Shown here one piece after another: positions 47,661-56,929 of a stretch of 64,000 nucleotides of DNA (within the stretch, counting starts at the first letter, position 1; every line of letters starts with the position of its first letter). The notes under the pieces were generated by a model. The model made no database searches. It was not told the DNA's origin and worked only from the letters and a program-made list of their open reading frames with translations. The position numbers and the translations under genes are program-made. The stretch is from a virus: the IMG/VR virus record IMGVR_UViG_3300045988_139610; one strand, given 5' to 3'.

Positions 47661-47963
47661 TTAATTATTTTCATTTTCAAAATCTTTTAATACTTCTAAC
47701 ATTGCTTTATTTCCATTTTTGTCTTTAAATATATTAAATATAAAAAATGTACTGTTTTCAATTAAAGTAAATAAGTTATAGATAGGTAATATAGAATTTA
47801 TTATTATTTTTTTTCGTTTAATATGTCTGTCATATATTATTATTCCTAATTGATGTGCTAACAGCACATCAACAAATTCTGTATTTTTATTTAAATCATT
47901 TTTTAGTTTTAATCCTAATATTATATTTAAAATACTTATTACTCCATATATTTTTAATAACAT
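47661..47963 (-). CDS. Hypothetical membrane protein
   Basis: 100-aa ORF with a hydrophobic N-terminus. Abuts ORF 47964. Confidence 0.4.
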   Translation of the reverse strand: MLLKIYGVISILNIILGLKLKNDLNKNTEFVDVLLAHQLGIIIYDRHIKRKKIIINSILPIYNLFTLIENSTFFIFNIFKDKNGNKAMLEVLKDFENENN

Positions 47964-48317
47964 TTATTCCACCTCACTTTCATAAACATTTATTACTCGG
48001 AATATTGGCAATACAGATGATATTTCGTCATATTTTTTTTCATATATTGTACCTTCTGCTATTTCGCATAGAAAAATTGTTTTTAATTTATTTGTAACAC
48101 CCATATCGTCTATTGTTGTTTCTACTATAGATATATTATACAAATTATTACTATTGGTGATAACACTTAATAAAAATTTTCTGATTTCGTTTGTAAATAC
48201 TTCATTATCTATATACAATAATACGTCTTTTCCTTTTTTATAAATTTTATAACCATTTATAGTCCTTAAATATAAATCATTTATTTTTATATGGTCTATA
48301 TTTTTAATACAATACAT
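47964..48317 (-). CDS. Hypothetical protein
   Basis: 117-aa ORF with RBS AAGGAGGAGA. Confidence 0.45.
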   Translation of the reverse strand: MYCIKNIDHIKINDLYLRTINGYKIYKKGKDVLLYIDNEVFTNEIRKFLLSVITNSNNLYNISIVETTIDDMGVTNKLKTIFLCEIAEGTIYEKKYDEISSVLPIFRVINVYESEVE

Positions 48318-48330
48318 ATTATTCTCCTCC

Positions 48331-48360
48331 TTATTTGTTATTTTTATTAATATTTTATTT
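48331..48360 (-). repeat. 31-nt AT-rich intergenic repeat, copy 3
   Basis: Plus strand TTATTTGTTATTTTTATTAATATTTTATTT. Confidence 0.65.
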
Positions 48361-48382
48361 ACATTTTACATTTTTATCGCCT

Positions 48383-48427
48383 CCTTATATTACTATATTA
48401 ACTAAAGTTATTTAAAAATTACCTATG
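48383..48427 (-). promoter_or_regulatory. 45-bp promoter-like element, copy 7
   Basis: Minus strand: CATAGGTAATTTTTAAATAACTTTAGTTAATATAGTAATATAAGG. Confidence 0.55.
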
Positions 48428-48429
48428 AT

Positions 48430-51400
48430 TTAATAAATTTTATAACTTTCTACTATAAGTTCTTTCTCTTCAGTTTGAATCCATTTATCATCTACCTTTT
48501 TCTTTTTATGTTTCCATTGTGCATCTTTTATGCCAATTATATCACCTAGTTTAAGAGGGTTTAATTTAAAATGCTTTTTATATATCTTAATAGTAGTTGA
48601 TTTACCTTTAGAAAGTGAATAAAGGGTTATTTTAGGTGCATATTTGGTATCAATGTCAACTACAAGATATTTGTTACCAAATGATTTATCTTTAATATCA
48701 CAGCTACCAGTAAATTCAAAATAGTCTTGTATAAGTTGTGCTGTGTTATTTTCTTTATTTTTTACTTTAGATTCCATATATTTAAGCATAGGTAATGTAT
48801 TATTGAATTTAAACATTTTATCTGACTCTTTTATAGCAAATTTAGTAAATATTTTATTTAAATTAGGATATTTCTCTTTAGATATTTGTTTCTTACCATA
48901 AAAGGTTTGATATAATTCGTATACTTTTAATAATTTAGGTATTGTTCCAAAGGTAGAGAAAAAATCAAGTCTAATTAATATATTTATATTTTTACTATTT
49001 ATTTTATTTCCTATGTCTATTAATAAATCTATGAAGGAATCATATTGATTATCTTTGAGATTATATAAAATTTCACCTGCATTTTTAGATATAAATTTAA
49101 TTGAGGACAAACCTTTATAAATGGAATTAGTTTCTTTATCCATAAAATATTCACTTTTAGAATATCTAAATTTAGGATTTTTTAAATTAATGTTAAGTTT
49201 TTCTGCATAATCAACTATTTTCTTAGTTTTGTCTATATCTCCCTCATATATATTAAACATTGTTGTTAAAAATTCTAGTGGGTAATAATATCTCAAATAA
49301 CCACATATATATCCTATATAACTGTACGCTTGGCTGTGATTTAAACTAAATAAATATGATGACGCATCATATATTACTTTTAAGAAATCTACAATTATCT
49401 TGTTAGACTCTTCTTCGGACAAACCATATTCATCTTTCATTGTTTTGGTGAAGCCCTCTTTTATTTTAGGTATATATTGTTCTGTCCCAGTTTTTTTAGC
49501 AAATCCACGTCTTACGATATCAGCCTCGCCCATTGAAAATCCACAAAATTTATTTAAGAATTCTATAATTTGTTCTTGATAAACTAAATACCCTAATGTT
49601 GGACTTAAAAATTCATTTAAAGCTTTATGTCCGTTATCTTTAAATATACCTTTTGATAATTGTTCTCTATATGACGCTCCAGCAGGTCTAATAGCCCCAT
49701 TTCCAACAGAAAATAAATCTATATATTTAAAATTAGGATTATATTTTTTTACATTAGCTATAGTTTCATCTGAAAATAAATCTTTTATATAATTCTCTCC
49801 TGTTCCCTCCCATTGGAATATACCTAATGTATTATCTCTGATTGATTTCCATACCTTTTCATCATCTGGTACATTGTTAGGATTTAATCGTTTTATGCCT
49901 AGCAACTCACACGTTTTATTTATTAATGTAATATTGTCTAATGCTAACAAATCTAGTTTTACATAATTTTGACTATCTATTTCTTTCATATTTAACATTG
50001 TAACAGGATAATCACAAGTAGACAAACTCATTAACCCCATATTTTCGTCTAATGGTTCGGGAGAACACACTAAGCCACAAGGATGAGTTCCAACCGATAC
50101 TATTGTTCCATTTATTATGTCTACATATTCAAATAATTGAGGATATAACGCTCTATATTCTTCTTCTTTATTTTCTATATTATCACATATTTCATTTATT
50201 TCACTTAAAGGAATCTCCAAAGCTCTACCCACGTCTCTTATAGACCCTTTTAGGGCGACAGTATTAAATGTGATAATGTCTGCACAATATAAACCTTCTT
50301 TATTATATATATATTCTTTTATAAATTTTCTATCATCTTTATCCCAGTCTGTGTCTATATCAGCTAAACTGACTCTTTCTACATTCATAAATCTTTGAAA
50401 ATTTAACTTATGTTTTATTGAATCCATGTCGGTTAAGCCAATTATATAAGCAACTAAACTACCACTCACACTCCCTCTACTATATCCAGGAAGTCTATTA
50501 TTTTGTCTTGCATAAGATTTTATATCTTCATCTAATAATAAAAAGTCAATAGCTTTATTATGTTTATATGTTTTTAACTCCTCTTTGATTCTAGGTAGAT
50601 ATTCAGTCTTAAAATTATCTAATTTATTTAATCCCTTTTCTTTTATTCCTTTATTAATTTTTTCTTTTAATAATTCTTCGGGATTATCCCATAATTTAGG
50701 ATACTTATACTCTCTATTTATATCAAAAGTTTCGATACTGTTAGCTATTTTGTTGGTATTTTCTAATGCTTTTAAAACTTCATTCATAGGAATTGCATTT
50801 TGCCTTTGATACATATCTATTAATTCATCATATGTTTTAAATGTTATATCCCATTTATCTTCATCACTAAAATTTATTTTTTTTGCTTGCTGAAGAATCT
50901 TTCTGCCTTTTGCATGAACTTCATTTAATGCATGTGTATCTGTTCCAACGGTTAAATTTAAGTCGTTTTCTTTTGCTAGTTTAAATAATTTTTGATTTAA
51001 TTTAACTTGTTTTTCATCTAAATGATGTTGTATTTCAAGATAACATCTATTTTTATTTTTTATAAAAAATTTTAAATATCTATCTTGAATGTATTTGTCT
51101 GCTTTCCCAAATATCCCACCTAAACAAGCTGAAGTGATTATAATATTGTCGCTAGTTTGTTCTAATTCATCAAGAGTTATTCTTGGAGTATAATAAAAAT
51201 GATTGTCTTTTCTATTAAATGACTTGCTTATTAATTTATTTAACTCTTTAACACCATCATAGTTTTTAGCATAGAGACAACAATGATAGTTGTCCCTAAT
51301 TTTTTCATCTAGCATTTCTGTTAAATAAGCCTCTATTCCATGTATGTATTTTAAGCCATATTTTTCACAGTTTTCTTTCTTTTTAGCCCAGTTTAAAATA

Positions 51401-51543
51401 TTTCCATGTTCTGTAAATGCAATAGCTTTCATGCCCAATTCTGATGCTCTTTTTATATAATCTTCTGATTTTGTTACAGAATCTATGTTTGTTGTAGCTG
51501 TAGATAAATCAGTATGAAGATGTAGTATTGTATAGTTTTCCAT
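48430..51543 (-). CDS. dnaE: DNA polymerase III alpha subunit (DnaE-like, N-terminal PHP domain)
   Basis: LHLHTDLS and AFTEHGN are PHP motifs. Length is 1037 aa. A DID-type aspartate region (SLADIDTDW) is present. Confidence 0.8.
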   Translation of the reverse strand: MENYTILHLHTDLSTATTNIDSVTKSEDYIKRASELGMKAIAFTEHGNILNWAKKKENCEKYGLKYIHGIEAYLTEMLDEKIRDNYHCCLYAKNYDGVKELNKLISKSFNRKDNHFYYTPRITLDELEQTSDNIIITSACLGGIFGKADKYIQDRYLKFFIKNKNRCYLEIQHHLDEKQVKLNQKLFKLAKENDLNLTVGTDTHALNEVHAKGRKILQQAKKINFSDEDKWDITFKTYDELIDMYQRQNAIPMNEVLKALENTNKIANSIETFDINREYKYPKLWDNPEELLKEKINKGIKEKGLNKLDNFKTEYLPRIKEELKTYKHNKAIDFLLLDEDIKSYARQNNRLPGYSRGSVSGSLVAYIIGLTDMDSIKHKLNFQRFMNVERVSLADIDTDWDKDDRKFIKEYIYNKEGLYCADIITFNTVALKGSIRDVGRALEIPLSEINEICDNIENKEEEYRALYPQLFEYVDIINGTIVSVGTHPCGLVCSPEPLDENMGLMSLSTCDYPVTMLNMKEIDSQNYVKLDLLALDNITLINKTCELLGIKRLNPNNVPDDEKVWKSIRDNTLGIFQWEGTGENYIKDLFSDETIANVKKYNPNFKYIDLFSVGNGAIRPAGASYREQLSKGIFKDNGHKALNEFLSPTLGYLVYQEQIIEFLNKFCGFSMGEADIVRRGFAKKTGTEQYIPKIKEGFTKTMKDEYGLSEEESNKIIVDFLKVIYDASSYLFSLNHSQAYSYIGYICGYLRYYYPLEFLTTMFNIYEGDIDKTKKIVDYAEKLNINLKNPKFRYSKSEYFMDKETNSIYKGLSSIKFISKNAGEILYNLKDNQYDSFIDLLIDIGNKINSKNINILIRLDFFSTFGTIPKLLKVYELYQTFYGKKQISKEKYPNLNKIFTKFAIKESDKMFKFNNTLPMLKYMESKVKNKENNTAQLIQDYFEFTGSCDIKDKSFGNKYLVVDIDTKYAPKITLYSLSKGKSTTIKIYKKHFKLNPLKLGDIIGIKDAQWKHKKKKVDDKWIQTEEKELIVESYKIY

Positions 51544-51555
51544 CTGTCTTCCCCT

Positions 51556-51599
51556 CCTTATATTAGTGTATTAACATTAGTACACAGAAAATTACCTAT
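51556..51599 (-). promoter_or_regulatory. 45-bp promoter-like element, copy 8
   Basis: Minus strand: TATAGGTAATTTTCTGTGTACTAATGTTAATACACTAATATAAGG, followed directly by AGGGG and the polymerase ATG. Confidence 0.6.
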
Positions 51600-51610
51600 A
51601 AATTTATTAA

Positions 51611-52456
51611 TTATTTTCTTTTATTATAATACTTACATTGCCCACTTACCCCACATAAATTTTTACAGAAGAAAACATTCTTTTCTGGTTTCCATTCATT
51701 TAATTCTTTAGCATTATTAATATTTTCTAAACTGTCTTTAACATAATCTTCAAATATTTTATAATTTTCTTCATTAAATGGAATAGATATAAAATATCTT
51801 TCATAATCCCCCATTTCTTCTAAAGGTATATCTTTACGTTCTTTAACAGTAGTTTTGCCTTTTTTTCTAGCATACTTAATCATATCAAACTTTGTCTCCA
51901 CTATTTTATACCCTGGATAATTTATTTCCATTGCTTTAGAATAGAGCATCAGTTGATGACACTTCTCTACTAAATGTGCTTTTGTAAATCCACTTTTACT
52001 GCTTGTTTTATAATCTACTATAGTTATTTCTTTTTTTTCATGGTCTAAAATAGCTAAATCTATATATCCCATAATAGTTATACCACATAATTTTATTTCA
52101 AACTCTTGTTCTATTAAACATTCTTTGTTTGTAAAATCTAATGGTTCAAAATACTCCAGATATAGCTCTACGTCTTTAATGTAATTGTTTTTAGCGTTTT
52201 CAGTTGGAAATTTTAATTCATCAACAAATTCTAATATATCAATTTCACTCCTCCATTCTTCTAATGCTTTCTCCTTTGTCGTTTTTCCATGTTCTAAAGA
52301 CTCCATAATACTATGGAACTTAGAACCTAATACACCGTATACACCATTACTTCTTTTAACATGGTCTTGATATATAAGTTTATAGCTATATGGACAATTA
52401 TGAAATGTACCTAATTTAGAATAGCTAAATCTCTCTTTTTTATTTTCTGTTTCCAT
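51611..52456 (-). CDS. PD-(D/E)XK nuclease, Cas4/RecB-like, with Cys cluster
   Basis: GYIDLAILD...IVDYKTS is a PD-(D/E)XK core. N-terminal Cys (NCPYSY) plus C-terminal C-x3-C-x5-C (FFCKNLCGVSGQCKYY). Confidence 0.65.
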   Translation of the reverse strand: METENKKERFSYSKLGTFHNCPYSYKLIYQDHVKRSNGVYGVLGSKFHSIMESLEHGKTTKEKALEEWRSEIDILEFVDELKFPTENAKNNYIKDVELYLEYFEPLDFTNKECLIEQEFEIKLCGITIMGYIDLAILDHEKKEITIVDYKTSSKSGFTKAHLVEKCHQLMLYSKAMEINYPGYKIVETKFDMIKYARKKGKTTVKERKDIPLEEMGDYERYFISIPFNEENYKIFEDYVKDSLENINNAKELNEWKPEKNVFFCKNLCGVSGQCKYYNKRK

Positions 52457-52480
52457 ACAATCACTCCTTATTAATTATTT

Positions 52481-53260
52481 TTAGTCAGTTATTTCAACTT
52501 TATAAATATATAACGCTTGATATAATTCACTTGGTATTTTTCTTTTGAAGTAATCTGCAACTTCTTTTATGTTTCTCTCTTTGTAGTATTTATATATCTG
52601 AAATGCTTCCAACTCCGTATCATAATAACCTAAATGTTCTTGTTTTGATTTTCCAGTTTTTGGATTAATTATACGACATAGCACTCTATATTTACCATTT
52701 ACAGGAGTTGTCCCTATAACTGATTTACCTCTTTTATTGTCATTTTTAGTAAATAAGCCGTTGATAGTTTGAGGTACATATATGCAAGTCTCTGGGGAGT
52801 ATATTTTATTCCCTTTAACTAAAATGTCTTTATCTAAACACATTACTTCGTTTTTAACTGTATAATAGTTCTCACTATCCCAACTTCCAAAGTTTTGAAA
52901 ATTATGGAATTCTTCTGATGCTTCACATCCTATATATGTCGGTTCTTTTCCTTGATATTTGTCATCATAACATCTTTGTAACATATTATACCAACTTTGA
53001 AATACTCTAGTTAATTTCCCATTTTCGCTTACTTTATATTCCCCTTCGCCTAAATAGCCTATTTCAAAATATCTTCTTTCATATGGGCATTTTATATTTC
53101 CCTTTTTAAAATTTTGATATTTTGCTCCTTTAAAAGTCCAATTATATTCTGGAAAATATACATCAATATCCATACATCCTCTATACTCGACTATAACCAT
53201 CTCACTACCAAAGTTATTTATATTTCTTTCTCCTATCCTATTAATTTGATTTCTTCCCAT
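52481..53260 (-). CDS. Free-standing HNH-like / AP2-domain homing endonuclease, paralog 2
   Basis: Paralog of ORFs 39676 and 56088. Likely starts at MGRNQINRIGE, behind AGGAGGA, which overlaps the primase TGA stop. Confidence 0.55.
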   Translation of the reverse strand: MGRNQINRIGERNINNFGSEMVIVEYRGCMDIDVYFPEYNWTFKGAKYQNFKKGNIKCPYERRYFEIGYLGEGEYKVSENGKLTRVFQSWYNMLQRCYDDKYQGKEPTYIGCEASEEFHNFQNFGSWDSENYYTVKNEVMCLDKDILVKGNKIYSPETCIYVPQTINGLFTKNDNKRGKSVIGTTPVNGKYRVLCRIINPKTGKSKQEHLGYYDTELEAFQIYKYYKERNIKEVADYFKRKIPSELYQALYIYKVEITD

Positions 53261-53265
53261 ATTAA

Positions 53266-54279
53266 TCATCCTCCTATAATACATTCATCACAAAGTTTTT
53301 CAAATATTTCTTTCCCCTGGTCTGATGGAGATACTTTACTTCCTTTTTTCATATATTTATTTTCTTTATCAATCATTACTTTTATTTTTATATCTCGCAT
53401 AAAACAGCACGATTTAATAGTTTGAATATCTCGTTTTATAGCGTCTATTATTAAACCTTCGTCCATACACAAGACTATTTCTGAAACACCTAATTTTAAT
53501 AATTGTTCTACTTGAGTTATACTTATTTGGTTACCCCCTAATGCCGTAGTATTATGTACTCCGAAACTATCACATTGAAGCACAGATTTCTCTGCCTCGA
53601 AGATATATACCTCTTTACTTTCTTTGATGTATTCTTTATTCTGATATAGACCATAAAGATATTTGTGCTTAGGAAAAGGGATTAAAGGAAGGTATTTGAA
53701 ATTTGTTATTTCGTCTGAATCCAAATCTATACGACCCATGACTCCTATAATTTCTCCATGTTCATTATAATGAGGTATTGTAATGCGATTGTTCTCTTCA
53801 GAAAATCCTATATTAAATTTAACTTGACTCGAAGGTAATATACCGTCATCTGCGAAACGTTTAAACCATTTATAACCACTATTATATTCTTCTAAAACAC
53901 TTTCATCATAAGTCACTTCCTTTTCTTCATCTTCATAAGGTACATATAAGCTATCGAAGAAACCATCAAATAATACCTCTTCCTCTGGTTGATAATTACC
54001 TTCTATTTTCTTACCTAACATAGTTTGTGTTGTTTTTAATACTTCTCTATAGGTTAAACCTGTATGAGTAGCTATTAAACCGAATAAATCCCCATTATAA
54101 GACGTTGTAAAATCTGTAGCTGATAAATTATCATTTAATTTGATTCTACATCCACTAGGGTTATCTCCTCCTACTTTTGCACACCTAATCTCTTTATCTG
54201 TTATATTAATACTATGATAATTATAATAACTTAATATTTTTTCGATTTGTTCTGGATTATTTTTTAAATACTCTTTCAT
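53266..54279 (-). CDS. DNA primase (TOPRIM domain)
   Basis: YIFEAEKSVLQ (TOPRIM Glu) and IVLCMDEG (DxD-like). Lies next to the DnaB-like helicase. Ends in TGA. Confidence 0.6.
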   Translation of the reverse strand: MKEYLKNNPEQIEKILSYYNYHSINITDKEIRCAKVGGDNPSGCRIKLNDNLSATDFTTSYNGDLFGLIATHTGLTYREVLKTTQTMLGKKIEGNYQPEEEVLFDGFFDSLYVPYEDEEKEVTYDESVLEEYNSGYKWFKRFADDGILPSSQVKFNIGFSEENNRITIPHYNEHGEIIGVMGRIDLDSDEITNFKYLPLIPFPKHKYLYGLYQNKEYIKESKEVYIFEAEKSVLQCDSFGVHNTTALGGNQISITQVEQLLKLGVSEIVLCMDEGLIIDAIKRDIQTIKSCCFMRDIKIKVMIDKENKYMKKGSKVSPSDQGKEIFEKLCDECIIGG

Positions 54280-54292
54280 ATAGGCTTTTCAC

Positions 54293-55852
54293 CTACTTTT
54301 TACCAAATTTATTATTTTGTTGATTAATATTCTTTCTAACAGGTCTGCACATACATCTTTCTTGGAATGTTCCACTAAAAGTATTAAAGCTCATTATAAT
54401 CGCTTCTTGAGTGTCCACTGCTGTAAGTGTATCTCTTGATTTTGCAATAAATAAAATTCTATAATGATTATTTGGATTTAATGTCACCTCTTCTTCTTCC
54501 CACTTACCTGTTTTTTCGTTCTTTACTCTTCTAAATGGATGACAATAAAATGGACTATCTTTATCTAGTTCTTGAGGGTATAAAGCTCTCATCATATATA
54601 ATCCATGCAAAATCTCGTTTATGGCTTTTGCACCACTCAACATCGACAGCGTTAAGAACAATTCACCGTCATAAGTTTGTGAAGTTTGAATACAACATAA
54701 TCCAACTACATCATACTTTTTACATAATGTATGCAACTCTCTTGAATCTCTAATTAAATCTTTATAAGATGCTTCTCCATTTCCTTTAAACTCTTGTTTA
54801 AATGTATCATATATAACAGCTGATATATTATGAGAATTTTTATATTTTCTAACTAATTTAGATAATCCACCCATATTAGTATCTAACATACTCGCTATAA
54901 TAATTTTATCTGATAAATTTTCATCATAATATTTTTTAGCTTGCTTAACCATTTCAATGTCTTCTTCTGATAATGTTCCACTTTTTATTTTTCTTTTATT
55001 AATCTTTTTATAATCCAATACGTTACATAATATATATACAATAAATGTCGTAAAGAAGTCTTCTATTTTTTGTTCATTAGTTACACAAAGAATTGTGTTA
55101 TCGTTAGTAGCTAAAGATAATATTAAGTTACTCATCCACGTTGTCTTACCACAGTTAACATTCGCGCTTAGCATTGATAAAGTCTGACGTTTCAGACCTA
55201 GTACCTCTTTACTAAGATAAGGCATAAAATTTGTATCTCCAACTTTATCAAACATTAGACCAATTTCCCCACCTTGTAATAAATTATCTATATATGAATC
55301 TGGTATATATCCTGTATGCTCTTTAATAGAATTATCTATGGATGTTTTAATATAATTATTTTCTCTGCTCTCTCTAAATGCTATTATTTCTTCACAAGTC
55401 ATATTTTTGAATAGTTCTAACCAAGATATGTTAATTATTCCTTTCTTAGTTTCTACTTGTATTTCTTGCTCTAAATTCAATCCATCGGCATAATAATTAA
55501 TTAATAAATTACTTTTTTGTAAATCATCTAAATAAGATTCAAAGTTTTTTAAATCTACAGTTCTTCTTAAAGTTTCAATTATTTTAAAACCACCATATTC
55601 TCTATATTGTTTTAATATATCGGCATTACAATTTAATCTGATTTCTGTGTCGTTTATTTTGTTAATTTTTTTATTAGATAATGTTTTTAATATCGTAAAT
55701 AAAAAACTCCCTTCTTCTGATATAAACAGCTCACTATCTATATCATAATCGTTTAATAGTACTGGGTCTTCGTATAAACAACCTAAAACACAGGCTTCTG
55801 AAGATTTTCTTCCTGTCTTTAGATAGTCTGGTAAATCATTATAATTTAACAT
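54293..55852 (-). CDS. dnaB: Replicative DNA helicase (DnaB-like)
   Basis: N-terminal E..VLGCLYEDPVLL pattern and Walker A NVNCGKTT. Length is 519 aa. Confidence 0.7.
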   Translation of the reverse strand: MLNYNDLPDYLKTGRKSSEACVLGCLYEDPVLLNDYDIDSELFISEEGSFLFTILKTLSNKKINKINDTEIRLNCNADILKQYREYGGFKIIETLRRTVDLKNFESYLDDLQKSNLLINYYADGLNLEQEIQVETKKGIINISWLELFKNMTCEEIIAFRESRENNYIKTSIDNSIKEHTGYIPDSYIDNLLQGGEIGLMFDKVGDTNFMPYLSKEVLGLKRQTLSMLSANVNCGKTTWMSNLILSLATNDNTILCVTNEQKIEDFFTTFIVYILCNVLDYKKINKRKIKSGTLSEEDIEMVKQAKKYYDENLSDKIIIASMLDTNMGGLSKLVRKYKNSHNISAVIYDTFKQEFKGNGEASYKDLIRDSRELHTLCKKYDVVGLCCIQTSQTYDGELFLTLSMLSGAKAINEILHGLYMMRALYPQELDKDSPFYCHPFRRVKNEKTGKWEEEEVTLNPNNHYRILFIAKSRDTLTAVDTQEAIIMSFNTFSGTFQERCMCRPVRKNINQQNNKFGKK

Positions 55853-55922
55853 ATCACATCACCTCTTTCTTCAACCAATTTCTTATGTCCCTCATTATAA
55901 TACATTTTCTATCACTCCTTTC

Positions 55923-55966
55923 CTTATATTATCGTATTAACATTAATTCACTAAAAATTACCTATG
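55923..55966 (-). promoter_or_regulatory. 45-bp promoter-like element, copy 9
   Basis: Minus strand: CATAGGTAATTTTTAGTGAATTAATGTTAATACGATAATATAAGG. Confidence 0.6.
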
Positions 55967-55969
55967 AAT

Positions 55970-56045
55970 TTATAAAAATTTTGACCTTTTATGCGCCGTT
56001 CTAAGCGTTTTAAATTTCTTCATTGATAATTTATACCTTACAAAT
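55970..56045 (-). repeat. ~75-nt repeat, copy B (contains a 17-codon mini-ORF, 55970-56023)
   Basis: Aligns with 31320-31395. Mini-ORF translation MKKFKTLRTAHKRSKFL. Confidence 0.7.
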
Positions 56046-56047
56046 AT

Positions 56048-56072
56048 AGCTCAAGTCGATTAAACTTGAGCT
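56048..56072 (-). terminator. Hairpin after HNH paralog 3
   Basis: AGCTCAAGT-cgattaa-ACTTGAGCT (9-bp stem). The T-tract on the minus strand (ATATTTGT) is weak. Confidence 0.4.
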
Positions 56073-56087
56073 ATTTATTAATTATTT

Positions 56088-56879
56088 TTAATCTGTTATT
56101 TCTACCTTATAATTGTATAATGTATCATATAATTTTCTTGGTATTAAATTTTTATAATATTCTGCAACCTCTTTAATATATTGTTCTTTGAATTCTTTAT
56201 AAACTTTAAATGCTTTTTGTGGTGTATCATACGACCCTAAATATTTTGTTTTACTTTTATTTTCTTCAAAATCATATATACTAAAACTTGCTTGAAATTT
56301 TTTATCTCGTTTATTATAATGTACGCCTATAGGATATTCCCCTCGTTTATTACCCCTTTTAGTAAATAATATATTTATATTATTGGGTACAAACACGCAA
56401 TTATCTGGTGAATATATTTTATTCCCTTTATTTAGAATATCTTTATCTAAACACATTTTTTCATTATCAACCTCATAATAATTATTATCATACCACTCTG
56501 CAAAATTCTGAAAACACAACCATTCTTCACAGACTTTGCAATTAATATATGTTGGACGTTTTTTATGAAGTTTATCATCGTAACATCTTTTTAGCATATC
56601 GTGCCAAACATCATAACATTTTGTATTTTTACAATTTTCACTTACTTTATATTTACCTTCCCCTATATAAGCAACACCATAAACTCTTCTCTCATATGGA
56701 CAACTAATTTTGCCTTTTTTGAAATTATCATATGATACATTCTTGGCAATCCAATTATATTCTGTGAAACAAACATCAATATCTCTATTCATTCTGTATC
56801 CCACTATTATCATCTTACTACCAAAGTTATTGTAACCAATTTCCCCAACTCTATCTATCTTACTCCCCATAACCATCAC
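56088..56879 (-). CDS. Free-standing HNH-like / AP2-domain homing endonuclease, paralog 3
   Basis: Paralog of ORFs 39676 and 52481, sharing blocks such as NNFGSKMIIVGY, CPYERR, YDVWHDMLKRCYD, LDKDIL.KGNKIYSP and YKVEITD. Confidence 0.55.
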   Translation of the reverse strand: MMVMGSKIDRVGEIGYNNFGSKMIIVGYRMNRDIDVCFTEYNWIAKNVSYDNFKKGKISCPYERRVYGVAYIGEGKYKVSENCKNTKCYDVWHDMLKRCYDDKLHKKRPTYINCKVCEEWLCFQNFAEWYDNNYYEVDNEKMCLDKDILNKGNKIYSPDNCVFVPNNINILFTKRGNKRGEYPIGVHYNKRDKKFQASFSIYDFEENKSKTKYLGSYDTPQKAFKVYKEFKEQYIKEVAEYYKNLIPRKLYDTLYNYKVEITD

Positions 56880-56929
56880 CCCTTTATTAATTATTATATC
56901 ATAACCAAATTATTTATCAATAGATTTTA

